From a virus: a DNA stretch of 64,000 bases. The stretch is from IMG/VR virus record IMGVR_UViG_3300042991_001118, positions 52,167 through 116,166 of that record. The stretch is one strand, 5' to 3'. The notes beneath the pieces were generated by a model, which made no database searches, had not been told where the DNA came from, and saw nothing but the letters and a program-made list of their open reading frames with translations. Of the stretch, positions 1-8,467 are shown piece after piece (the first letter of the stretch is position 1; the number at the start of each line of letters is the position of its first letter). The position numbers and the translations under genes are program-made.

Positions 1-177
1 CTCACAACTGAATGGATTATATTCAATTTTTGGTTTTTTTATGGTCTGCTGGATAATAATCCATTCAGTTGTGTCCATTGAGACACGTATTGATATCTTA
101 AGGGAATATGTCTCCCCGATATCTACGCTTTGCCTTCTCAATTCGTCCCCCAACATTTTAATCAGAGCGCATTTCAT
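1..177 (-). CDS. hypothetical protein, runs off the window edge (MKCALIKMLGDELRRQ...)
   Basis: Manual translation; ATG at 177 overlaps the stop of 174..617 (ATGA coupling); open to the edge. Confidence 0.5.
   Translation of the reverse strand, partial: MKCALIKMLGDELRRQSVDIGETYSLKISIRVSMDTTEWIIIQQTIKKPKIEYNPFSCE
3..73. repeat. perfect 18-bp inverted repeat, 35-nt spacer
   Basis: cacaactgaatggattat (3-20) / ataatccattcagttgtg (56-73). Confidence 0.9.
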
Positions 178-617
178 AATAGTTTCCCTCTAAATATTTT
201 TGCTGTCACGATGGTGTATTCTTCCAGGATTTCAAAACACTTTTTTATAATTGGTGTCCCGTCGGGTATTCCATCCGATGCATAAAGTATCCAGTCTTCT
301 TTCTGGATTTTATCGAATTTTTGATAGATATCAGGGGCATCGGTCGATGCCCAAATTTTTATGCATTTACCCGGATTGCCTTTTTGTGAAAATATCTGGA
401 TCGGAATTTTTTGGTTTGTCTTTGTTATCACGATATCCCCTATAAGAGATATCCTTCGTGCGAAAAACGATGTACCACGCTTTTCGAGATATTGCACCCT
501 TTCACTTTTTTCTCGATTTTTAGATTTTGCATTCCTCCTCAACGCAATCTTTTGTTTCTTGAGATTTCGTGCGCTCTGATTGCGTATCCTTTGTTTTTTT
601 AGACGTGGATTCTCCAT
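174..617 (-). CDS. hypothetical protein, basic N-terminus
   Basis: ORF in the tightly packed minus-strand run; purine-rich RBS-like AGAGGGA upstream. Confidence 0.6.
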   Translation of the reverse strand: MENPRLKKQRIRNQSARNLKKQKIALRRNAKSKNREKSERVQYLEKRGTSFFARRISLIGDIVITKTNQKIPIQIFSQKGNPGKCIKIWASTDAPDIYQKFDKIQKEDWILYASDGIPDGTPIIKKCFEILEEYTIVTAKIFRGKLL

Positions 618-625
618 GTTCCCTC

Positions 626-1237
626 TTATTTTCTTATTGATGTATTTGAAAGAGTCAATGCCCTATTGTGGCGAATACAGGATTGGCATTCGCCACATGG
701 TCTGGATTCGTCTCCTTGGCAAAACCAAATGTTTTCTAGGCATTTTTTTTGTACTTTGTCAGACATCATATTCTCTATGATTTCCGATTTTTCCATGTTA
801 ATTATTGGAAAGGAAATAGAGATGCCTTTTCTTGTTATCGAATTGTACTCAGAAGCGATCCCTTTAATTTCGTGGAGATATTGGATCGCCACATCTCCCG
901 AAACATACCCAAGATAAAGAGTCTCTTCTGGCATTGCATGTATTAGTCCTAAAAAAGCCCATATCGCGGGTTGTGCTATTCCATCTTCACCTGCTGGTCC
1001 AAGCCAGTATCTTTTGCTTTCATAAGAAAGAGATATTTCAGTATGAAAGAATTTCCAGCCCTCGTCATTGAGAATTTTTTTGATTTTATTTCGACTTCCC
1101 CTGCATTTCTTCGATCCAGATATCTGCGGGCAATTGAGAGAAATTGTTCTAATTACATGTGGAGAATCTTGCTGTTCTATGAGCGTCTTTATCAAGAGAT
1201 ATGTACTGTCTAGTCCACCAGACCATAAAATCAACAT
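626..1237 (-). CDS. queC: QueC-like PP-loop ATPase (7-cyano-7-deazaguanine synthase family, divergent)
   Basis: SGGLDST PP-loop; C-terminal Zn cluster WFC...PCGECQSC; KSEII motif. Confidence 0.75.
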   Translation of the reverse strand: MLILWSGGLDSTYLLIKTLIEQQDSPHVIRTISLNCPQISGSKKCRGSRNKIKKILNDEGWKFFHTEISLSYESKRYWLGPAGEDGIAQPAIWAFLGLIHAMPEETLYLGYVSGDVAIQYLHEIKGIASEYNSITRKGISISFPIINMEKSEIIENMMSDKVQKKCLENIWFCQGDESRPCGECQSCIRHNRALTLSNTSIRK

Positions 1238-1250
1238 GTTTTATTTTCCT

Positions 1251-1670
1251 TTATGATATTGGGTTTGGTACCACTGGTTTTGGTTCAAGAAAAAATTCGA
1301 TGAATTCAGCAGATGTTACCTTGTCTATATCTTTGGGATCGTCCGATGAGGTTTTTATTTTATAACCTAAAACATACATGTCTGAGACATTCAGACTTTT
1401 GGACTCGTACAGTGCCTTCGCGATATATCTGCACGCCGAGTTTTTTCTGGGGCTGTCCAGTATCAATTGGCACTGAACAGATTCTATAACGGAATTTTTT
1501 GGTTTGTCTTTATATGTGCAGAGAAACGAAAATTCCTTTAGTATACCGATTGGATGTCCCTCCAGAAGAATGGGAATTTCTCCATGGTATTTTGCCACGA
1601 TTTTAACAAATTCTTTATGCCAATCAATGCCCTGAATAGGCATTGGCAGCTTGATATTTACATATTCCAT
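1251..1670 (-). CDS. hypothetical protein
   Basis: Packed ORF, RBS GGAG. Confidence 0.6.
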   Translation of the reverse strand: MEYVNIKLPMPIQGIDWHKEFVKIVAKYHGEIPILLEGHPIGILKEFSFLCTYKDKPKNSVIESVQCQLILDSPRKNSACRYIAKALYESKSLNVSDMYVLGYKIKTSSDDPKDIDKVTSAEFIEFFLEPKPVVPNPIS

Positions 1671-1672
1671 CG

Positions 1673-1873
1673 CTAATTTTCTCCTAACTTTTCCATCCTC
1701 TTATCAATTTCCATGGCGCATTCCATACAGCAAGTATGCATCTCTAGGATAGAGATTGCGCTAAATTTTACGGTACGGATATACCAATCTTTAGGCTGTA
1801 TGGAACTCCCGTTAATATTTATCCTGGCAGGTTCCTGCTTTCCACATGCGTCACACTGGTATTTTACAGACAT
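1673..1873 (-). CDS. small Zn-finger protein
   Basis: CDAC...HTCCMEC. Confidence 0.6.
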   Translation of the reverse strand: MSVKYQCDACGKQEPARININGSSIQPKDWYIRTVKFSAISILEMHTCCMECAMEIDKRMEKLGEN

Positions 1874-1885
1874 ATTGTGTCCTTT

Positions 1886-2467
1886 TTACTGAGCCAACAA
1901 GAGTGTTGTCTTATCAGCCCAGATATCGTATTCGCTCGCATTCTTTTCGTAATCGATATATTTCTTCTCAATTTCTTGTAAAACATCTTGGTATTCATTT
2001 ACATCAAGATGTTTTATTTGAGTTCTCTCCATCTGCTTTTCAATGAACTCTCTCTGCTTTTGTAAGGTTAAAATGTTGTCTTTTTGATATGGGAACAGAG
2101 GCAGAGTTTCCAATATTTCCACGGCATTTTTAAATCCTTTTACATGCCTTCCCGTCCAGGTTTGGAGCAGATATGTATAGGCTTCTAAGAGGTATCCCAA
2201 TAGTCGAAGACTCTTTATTATTGGTTCTATTTTTCGATGTGGTGGATCGACATCTTCTGTGGCATATGTCTTGTCTTTTTTATATTCTCCCTGTTCCAAA
2301 TCCAGGGAATTTTTGATTCCATATATTAGAGGGAGAACCCTTGATTTTTTGTCAAGGAATCTGACGTTGATATATGGAATCAAAGATTCTATTTTTTCTG
2401 TTTTCATGTTTTGTCTTTTACCAGGAGAATATATCCTGGCGTTCCTTCCCTGAAATATGCAGAACAA
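1886..2467 (-). CDS. hypothetical protein (true start probably MKTEK near 2407)
   Basis: Packed ORF; the longer start overlaps the upstream MTase. Confidence 0.55.
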   Translation of the reverse strand: MFCIFQGRNARIYSPGKRQNMKTEKIESLIPYINVRFLDKKSRVLPLIYGIKNSLDLEQGEYKKDKTYATEDVDPPHRKIEPIIKSLRLLGYLLEAYTYLLQTWTGRHVKGFKNAVEILETLPLFPYQKDNILTLQKQREFIEKQMERTQIKHLDVNEYQDVLQEIEKKYIDYEKNASEYDIWADKTTLLLAQ

Positions 2468-3119
2468 CTTCTGTTGTCTTTTTCCTTAATCCTACGATTT
2501 CTCCCAGTTTAGACTTAAATGGCATCCAGTTTGCGCCAAGAGATTCGCATACTATTTTTTGTCCAAGTCTTGTTTCAATCCAGAATGCCAGGGCTTTATA
2601 GTCCAGGTTGTTCCCGACCTTATAGTTTTTCCCTGCAACTTGGTAAGGCGGATCGATGAACCAAGTTGCTTTTATGTCAGGTGACAGAAGATAACTGCCC
2701 TGGACGAATTTCCAATGGCGTATCTTATAGAGATTTTCCGCTATGTATTTCAATCGTTTCCCTTGGGATTCTGGTCTATCTATCGTCCGCCATCTCGTAG
2801 GCATTCTCCTTGGACTTTCAGGCGCAGCCGAAATAATAAAGCCAACTAGGTCTTTCTGTTCTTTGCAATCCCAGGAGAAGTCATCCACGCATTCTCCTAA
2901 TTTCATTTGGCGTATCCCAAGGATATCTTTCTCGGTACACCCCTGTAGCCATTTCCAAAGATTGATAATGACATCATATGCGTCAACTAGAATGACATCA
3001 TTCTCCCAATATCTCAAGGAATATTGTGCGCTTCCGGCGAATGGTTCAATGATCGTCGAGAATTCTGGTTTTGGATATTTTTTGGCCAGACGAAATTTAG
3101 AACCAAAATATGGGAACAT
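2418..3119 (-). CDS. DNA adenine methyltransferase, Dam/D12-like
   Basis: FPYFGSK, EPFAGSA (motif I), FIDPPY (motif IV). Confidence 0.85.
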   Translation of the reverse strand: MFPYFGSKFRLAKKYPKPEFSTIIEPFAGSAQYSLRYWENDVILVDAYDVIINLWKWLQGCTEKDILGIRQMKLGECVDDFSWDCKEQKDLVGFIISAAPESPRRMPTRWRTIDRPESQGKRLKYIAENLYKIRHWKFVQGSYLLSPDIKATWFIDPPYQVAGKNYKVGNNLDYKALAFWIETRLGQKIVCESLGANWMPFKSKLGEIVGLRKKTTEVVLHISGKERQDIFSW

Positions 3120-3123
3120 ATCT

Positions 3124-3429
3124 TTACTCCTTCAACAAGGATTCCATTTTTTTAATGATTTCCAGCAGTTTTTCCTTTTCGCTCCTAATCTCTCTGGAAA
3201 GCAGGTAATGCGCAACGCTATATTCCACAGCCCATTCGTCTACTTTGTACATTTTTGAACCAACTTTCAATTGACCTTTTCTTGGGGCATTGAAGTTTAC
3301 TATGACGATTTTCTTTCCATTTTGGTATTGAGCATAGCCTTCACTAATATCTTCTTTCACGAATTTTATTTTTTGCAATCCATTTTTACATGGATTTTTG
3401 AGCAAAAATAGTTCATTTGGGTATTCCAT
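3124..3429 (-). CDS. hypothetical protein
   Basis: Packed ORF. Confidence 0.55.
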   Translation of the reverse strand: MEYPNELFLLKNPCKNGLQKIKFVKEDISEGYAQYQNGKKIVIVNFNAPRKGQLKVGSKMYKVDEWAVEYSVAHYLLSREIRSEKEKLLEIIKKMESLLKE

Positions 3430-3431
3430 AT

Positions 3432-3848
3432 TTAGTCCTTTAAATAGGCTGCAAAATATTCCATTTTCCCTGGTCCATAAGTGTGCGATTTTACTCTAAT
3501 TTTTACGGAGGAATCTTCTATAACATGAAAAGAATCAAAGAGCATTTCTGTACTTAGAATATTTTCTAATGCTTTAAGACATGGCAGAAATAATTTCGTC
3601 CTGTCTATAAATTCTGTTTTCAAAATAGGTTCAAAATTCATATAAAATATATGGTGAACTACTGGGGGATTCCCCACAAGGGAACTTTCGTTTTCATATT
3701 TTGAGTAGTGGGAAAACAATATATGGTTTTCTCTTGCCTTTAAATAACTGAAGAGAAACGACCTATTTTGTGGCTTATTGTCTATTTCTTCCTTTCCGTT
3801 TCCACCCTCTCGTTCTATACATAGTTTTTCTAACGCTCTCTCATCCAT
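3432..3848 (-). CDS. hypothetical protein
   Basis: Packed ORF. Confidence 0.55.
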   Translation of the reverse strand: MDERALEKLCIEREGGNGKEEIDNKPQNRSFLFSYLKARENHILFSHYSKYENESSLVGNPPVVHHIFYMNFEPILKTEFIDRTKLFLPCLKALENILSTEMLFDSFHVIEDSSVKIRVKSHTYGPGKMEYFAAYLKD

Positions 3849-4198
3849 TTAGCATCCTCTCTTTCCATCTTTATCGCTTCTTGTTCTGCCTCGTATCTGA
3901 TAAACCACCACCAGAACTTTCCATCTTCTGTTGTTTCCCATTCCCCAGTTTTCCAGGATTCCCATTTCTTCTCCCATTTGCGCACCATTGCTTCGTCGCT
4001 CATGGTGTCGCATCCTTCGCAAGTGATGGGATTCCCAAAGATTTTTTTATGATTTGTCGTGATGATTCGGAAATAATCTCCCAGAACGAATTTCTTTCCA
4101 CAGAATGCACACCTACAATACTCTCCAGGCTTACCACGAAGCCACCTAGATTTTAAATGTGATTCCGCTATGCGTTGTGGTTTTCCATGAAATTGCAT
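3830..4198 (-). CDS. Zn-finger, Trp-rich hypothetical protein (start MQFHGK)
   Basis: CAFC...CEGC; start chosen to avoid a long overlap with 4168..4485. Confidence 0.55.
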   Translation of the reverse strand: MQFHGKPQRIAESHLKSRWLRGKPGEYCRCAFCGKKFVLGDYFRIITTNHKKIFGNPITCEGCDTMSDEAMVRKWEKKWESWKTGEWETTEDGKFWWWFIRYEAEQEAIKMEREDAKWMRER

Positions 4199-4485
4199 TT
4201 TTTCCAATCCTTCTCTGCAATAATTTTGCTGCGTAACAAGAATTCTTCTACGTCCTGTAGAAGCGTTTTCTTGATGGATGCTGATTTGGTAATCGCAAAG
4301 CGCACTTTGTTTTCCTGTAAAGAATTTTCTACAGGGACATATATCAGGGTGCAGAGGAATCCAGTGGTTCCAAGTCCCAATTTTGGAACCGTGCATTGCA
4401 GCAAATTTGGGACAAAAACTACTTCTAGTCTTACCCGATAAAGTCTAGATTTCAAATGGGATTCTAAGTTTTCTAAAATATCCAT
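4168..4485 (-). CDS. hypothetical protein
   Basis: Strong RBS GGAGG upstream. Confidence 0.6.
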   Translation of the reverse strand: MDILENLESHLKSRLYRVRLEVVFVPNLLQCTVPKLGLGTTGFLCTLIYVPVENSLQENKVRFAITKSASIKKTLLQDVEEFLLRSKIIAEKDWKKCNFMENHNA

Positions 4486-4496
4486 ATTCCTCCTAT

Positions 4497-4517
4497 GAGG
4501 TCGCGTATTGCGACCTC
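4497..4517 (-). promoter_or_regulatory. 8-bp GC-rich hairpin directly upstream of an RBS
   Basis: gaggtcgc-gtatt-gcgacctc, intergenic, no U-tract. Confidence 0.45.
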
Positions 4518-4521
4518 TCCT

Positions 4522-4953
4522 TTAGAATGGGCATTCAGGTTTTGTTGACGGTTGGAGAATTTTTTCTTCTGTTTGTGGATATTCTATCCCAGATATTTGT
4601 GCTGTTTTTAGTGGTAAAGGTATCTTTAAAGGCACTTCTTGTTTTACGATTTTTTTTGGCTTTGTCTTGTGTTTTTGTTCTTCCGCTGAGACGTACGAAT
4701 ACGAAAGAACAATCCCATCCTTCAATTGAAGGAAAAATTTTGCGATTAAATAAACATCTCCCGTAGAATACTCCACAGTGGAACTCTCATGAATTCCCTT
4801 CCCGCATAAGTATCCCACTCTCTCATCAGATGGGGAGTCCTCGGCAATTACCTTCCCACCCGACATGATTTTAAAGGTACCTGGGACTATCGGAGTAAAC
4901 TCCGTCTTCCCAATAATTTTGGTTTGGCACATTGATTCTTTCTTGATATTCAC
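4522..4953 (-). CDS. stand-alone copy of the recurrent virion module plus Lys/Pro-rich tail
   Basis: PIVPGTFKI...STVEYSTGDVYL...LSYSY resembles inserts in capsid, sheath and baseplate; RBS GGAGG. Confidence 0.6.
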   Translation of the reverse strand: MNIKKESMCQTKIIGKTEFTPIVPGTFKIMSGGKVIAEDSPSDERVGYLCGKGIHESSTVEYSTGDVYLIAKFFLQLKDGIVLSYSYVSAEEQKHKTKPKKIVKQEVPLKIPLPLKTAQISGIEYPQTEEKILQPSTKPECPF

Positions 4954-4969
4954 TTATTTTTCCTCCAGG

Positions 4970-5059
4970 TTAAGATGTTTTCTTGCATCTCATACAAAAA
5001 ACTTTGTTATTTTGTCTCTCTATCGTCATACGAGACCCACAATTTGGACAAGGTTTCAT
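4970..5059 (-). CDS. 29-aa Zn-ribbon microprotein (MKPCPNCGSRMTIERQNNKVFCMRCKKTS)
   Basis: Manual translation; fills the gap between genes; CPNC...CMRC. Confidence 0.6.
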   Translation of the reverse strand: MKPCPNCGSRMTIERQNNKVFCMRCKKTS

Positions 5060-5062
5060 TTT

Positions 5063-5758
5063 TTATCCCCAAAATAATCTTTTGATTTCCTCACAAGAAG
5101 TGTTTAAAACCTCTTCTTGTCCCTTCGCTGCGTCTATCTCTACAATTTTCGTCATGGGCGGGACATGAGAGAAGACGTACTTGTAGTTTTCCTTCACATT
5201 TTCGAGTGTCGCATCGAAAATGTCGCTATGTTGCCCATCTCGCGATTTTCTTCTTTTCCCTGCGACCTCAATCGGCAAATTGAGATACAGCACGATATCT
5301 GGTAGAGGTATTGAAGAGAAAGACATTCCATTTATTCCGATCAGCCAAGACCAAAGACTCCGGTCCTTGTCCAGTTGGTATGCTAGCGTTGAGTATACAT
5401 ACCTGTCACAGATAATGTTGTACCCAGACAATAATGCCGGGCGCAGCACGTTATTGATATGATCTATCCTGTCAGCCGCAAAGAGCAGCGATAGCTCGGC
5501 GATTGCTAATTCATTGTATGTTTTTGCTGCTGATGGGTTATTTAAACCCTCTGCCGTAAAGAGGGAAGTCCTTCCCGTGATGAATTGCTTTAAAAGACAT
5601 CCAACCGGACCGTCCGTTGGCTCTTTTGTTCCTAATATTGGGACTTCTTTACTTTTAAAGTATGACACGATCCCTTTTTGGAGCGTCGTGATTCCGCTAC
5701 CATCAATACCTTCTATCACGATAAATTTCCCAATATTCATACGTATTCCTCTTTCCAT
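5063..5758 (-). CDS. tmk: thymidylate kinase family protein, P-loop Lys replaced by Ile
   Basis: FIVIEGIDGSGITT, KEP, LLFAADR, ICDRY, PDIVLYL. Confidence 0.85.
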   Translation of the reverse strand: MERGIRMNIGKFIVIEGIDGSGITTLQKGIVSYFKSKEVPILGTKEPTDGPVGCLLKQFITGRTSLFTAEGLNNPSAAKTYNELAIAELSLLFAADRIDHINNVLRPALLSGYNIICDRYVYSTLAYQLDKDRSLWSWLIGINGMSFSSIPLPDIVLYLNLPIEVAGKRRKSRDGQHSDIFDATLENVKENYKYVFSHVPPMTKIVEIDAAKGQEEVLNTSCEEIKRLFWG

Positions 5759-6036
5759 CTTGGTCGTAATAGAGGGAAGGCGTTCTTGTGGTTCCCCTTT
5801 AGCATGTCAAATAACATATACCCTAGTCCTAGTGACTTCAATCCAAAATCTCCTTTCAATTCTTTCAAAAACTCTTTACACAAATCCTCCGGTGGTTCAG
5901 ATTTAAACACCAAGATTCCATTGATGTTTAAATCTGGATTTTTTAAAAACATTACAAAACCACCGCCACTTTCTAAATTTGGCTTTGGATCGAATACAAG
6001 CCTTTTATATTGGCTTTGTTGTTCTAGAATAGGCAT
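5737..6036 (-). CDS. hypothetical protein
   Basis: Overlaps both neighbours by a few codons; RBS GGAGG. Confidence 0.55.
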   Translation of the reverse strand: MPILEQQSQYKRLVFDPKPNLESGGGFVMFLKNPDLNINGILVFKSEPPEDLCKEFLKELKGDFGLKSLGLGYMLFDMLKGNHKNAFPLLRPRWKEEYV

Positions 6037-6923
6037 TTTTTGCCCTCCATGTAACTAAAAATATGCGCAACTACATCTACGGTCCACCCATTCCCCAGCA
6101 TTTTATACCTCTGAAAATTTGATACACCATAGGTGTACCCAATCGGGACGGTCTGTAATTTTTCGCACTCTTCCGGGGTGAACTTCCGTAGCTCTCCGTG
6201 GACGTTTATTTTATTATTTTCTATCCAACTACCGTTGGATGTAATGGTTGGTGTAATGTCAAAAAACTTTTTACCTTTGTTGTATCCATGTGCCCTTTGG
6301 TCTACATAGACCATCGTCCTCTGCGATCTACCTCGCAGATAGTCGTTTCTCCCACATTTAGCATACGTTGCCGTTAAGCAGTATGCTAACTGTCGGTCTA
6401 CCATGCCGGATTCGATTATGTCTTCCAGCACGACATTTCTCTTATCCGGTTGCGGAAAAGGCCAATTCGCCCAATACATTCTTTTCCTAGACTGTGCTGA
6501 GACTAAGGAGGAATCGACCTTTACTGGACGTATCCCTATCCTGTCTGAAATCACATCTAGCCATTCTTGTTTCATGCATACGTTTTCTAAAAAAACGTAT
6601 TTTGGCTTTATCGCTTGGACAATAGAGATAAATTCCAGAACCAACTGACTTCTTGGGTCTTTAAATCCCAGGGATTTACCACATATTGAAAACCCCTGGC
6701 ATGGAGACCCACCCATGACTAAATCGATTTTCGGTAGCGTTCCGATCCAATCACTCCACTCCTTGATATCTCCAAGCTGAATCGTGGAGGGGAAATTTTT
6801 CTGGGTAATCGAAATACAATATTTATCGGTCTCTGACGAAAAATATTGATCTACCGGAATCCCTGCTTTTTTTAGTGCTATCTGTCCACACGACATCCCA
6901 TCGAAACAAGACAAAACATTCAT
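6024..6923 (-). CDS. DNA (cytosine-5) methyltransferase
   Basis: FDGMSC (I), GGSPCQGFS (IV), ENV (VI), QSRKR (VIII), LGNGW (X). Confidence 0.93.
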   Translation of the reverse strand: MNVLSCFDGMSCGQIALKKAGIPVDQYFSSETDKYCISITQKNFPSTIQLGDIKEWSDWIGTLPKIDLVMGGSPCQGFSICGKSLGFKDPRSQLVLEFISIVQAIKPKYVFLENVCMKQEWLDVISDRIGIRPVKVDSSLVSAQSRKRMYWANWPFPQPDKRNVVLEDIIESGMVDRQLAYCLTATYAKCGRNDYLRGRSQRTMVYVDQRAHGYNKGKKFFDITPTITSNGSWIENNKINVHGELRKFTPEECEKLQTVPIGYTYGVSNFQRYKMLGNGWTVDVVAHIFSYMEGKKCLF

Positions 6924-6947
6924 GTCTAATCCTCCTTTCTAAGGATG

Positions 6948-6976
6948 ATTGTACCTGTTTTGTCTTGTATTGTCAA
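6948..6976 (-). promoter_or_regulatory. sigma70-type promoter of the methyltransferase/accessory operon
   Basis: TTGACA (6976-6971), 17-nt spacer, TACAAT (6953-6948), then RBS AGGAGG. Confidence 0.8.
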
Positions 6977-6986
6977 GAATAAAATT

Positions 6987-7038
6987 ATAAAAAATATAGC
7001 ATAAAGGTTAAGAAAATTTTATATGCTATATTTTTTAT
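6987..7038. terminator. 17-bp perfect inverted repeat, probable terminator or operator
   Basis: ataaaaaatatagcata / tatgctatattttttat, 18-nt loop, just after the 7046..7645 stop. Confidence 0.6.
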
Positions 7039-7045
7039 TAGGATG

Positions 7046-7645
7046 TTATCCGTTTAGGATTTGCCGGATAAAATTCTGTTTCTGTCGTGATAGTAAATGT
7101 TCCAATATCTCGAAGACATCTGGTTCTATTGCATAAAGCAATTCTAGGATTCTAGCATGTGCGGATACCTGCCCAAATTCTTTATCTATTGCTTTTGGCA
7201 GAAGTATCGGACCTGGTGTATAGAGCGCGTCTACTTTGATTTCATAGCTGGTGTAAATCCATGGGAGTTTGAATTTTTTTGCTAAAATCAATTCTGGATA
7301 TTTCTCCAGGTATACATCTTTTTCATATCCAACTGGCAAGACCGTCGTCCCGATTGGAAGGATTTGCCATGTGGATTTTTTCCATTTTTTATTTTTTGCC
7401 CAGTACTGGACATGCAGAGCCTCTTTTAACAAAATCCACTCGTTATTTTTTGTACACCATTTCCCCCAATATTCAAGCCTTTCCGCCACGGTATTAAATG
7501 AAATTAAGTCTCCAATAGAAGCTACAGAGATTTTATCTTCTGTGATATTCCTGTTTTTAATAACAGAATTTACCCAATCAATCGAGCTTCCTCGTGGAAT
7601 AGAAAATCCTATCATATCAATTTCCTTGGCCAATATTGTACACAT
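7046..7645 (-). CDS. hypothetical protein
   Basis: ORF track. Confidence 0.6.
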   Translation of the reverse strand: MCTILAKEIDMIGFSIPRGSSIDWVNSVIKNRNITEDKISVASIGDLISFNTVAERLEYWGKWCTKNNEWILLKEALHVQYWAKNKKWKKSTWQILPIGTTVLPVGYEKDVYLEKYPELILAKKFKLPWIYTSYEIKVDALYTPGPILLPKAIDKEFGQVSAHARILELLYAIEPDVFEILEHLLSRQKQNFIRQILNG

Positions 7646-8055
7646 TCATGTCCATTGGCTAAAAAACACTCCGTTGTATGGAACCTATTTAGTTTAATAG
7701 CAAAATCGATATCGTCTTTTTTTGCGATTAAATCTGGGAGAACGCCAGAAAACAAACGCTCTTCTGGCATCCTGCAATCGAAACAACGTACACATATAAA
7801 TTTTCGGAACACTACCATTTTGGATATTGGGACATCTTTGTCTAAATTTGGGACATTTTTGTCTGGAGTAGATGCCGTGGTATACCAAGCCTTCTGTGGA
7901 ATTTTGTTCCCAGACAATGCGATAATGCAGAGAATTTCATTACAAGAATCAATAAAGCCTAAATCTAGCATGGCTTTGTGTATTTCGTTAGGTTTACTGA
8001 TTGGTGATATTCCAATTTTTTTATTCAATACATGTTCGGACATGACATGCCACAT
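7612..8055 (-). CDS. hypothetical protein
   Basis: ORF track. Confidence 0.55.
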   Translation of the reverse strand: MWHVMSEHVLNKKIGISPISKPNEIHKAMLDLGFIDSCNEILCIIALSGNKIPQKAWYTTASTPDKNVPNLDKDVPISKMVVFRKFICVRCFDCRMPEERLFSGVLPDLIAKKDDIDFAIKLNRFHTTECFLANGHECVQYWPRKLI

Positions 8056-8059
8056 TGCC

Positions 8060-8467
8060 TTACCCTCGAAATATATCCTTTAGTCTACTTGGTGGTGATT
8101 CTTGTTCTTTTTGTTTTTGCTTGCCAGTTTCTTGTTCCGGTTGTTCGACGGTTGCGCCACTATTTAGCAACAAGAGAGAGACAATTGAGTCTAGTGAATC
8201 TTTGATTTCCTGCAAAGTCTTCATGACTTTGTCGTCTGTTTCATGTGAAAGGATGGCTGAAATAACTTTGCAAACGTATACTTTGTCCTGGCTATTGCCA
8301 TTCTTGGCATACAAAATCAATTCTGGAATTAACCCAGCCAGATCAAATCCGGTATCTTTAAGCTGTACTTTTATCCCAGTTCCATAGAGAAGTTGTAGGG
8401 CAGATTCTTTTTCATCATGCACCTGGCTAAACATCATTTCTTTCAGAAAATTTAACAAATTATCCAT
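8060..8467 (-). CDS. hypothetical helical protein
   Basis: Coupled to the upstream ORF. Confidence 0.6.
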   Translation of the reverse strand: MDNLLNFLKEMMFSQVHDEKESALQLLYGTGIKVQLKDTGFDLAGLIPELILYAKNGNSQDKVYVCKVISAILSHETDDKVMKTLQEIKDSLDSIVSLLLLNSGATVEQPEQETGKQKQKEQESPPSRLKDIFRG

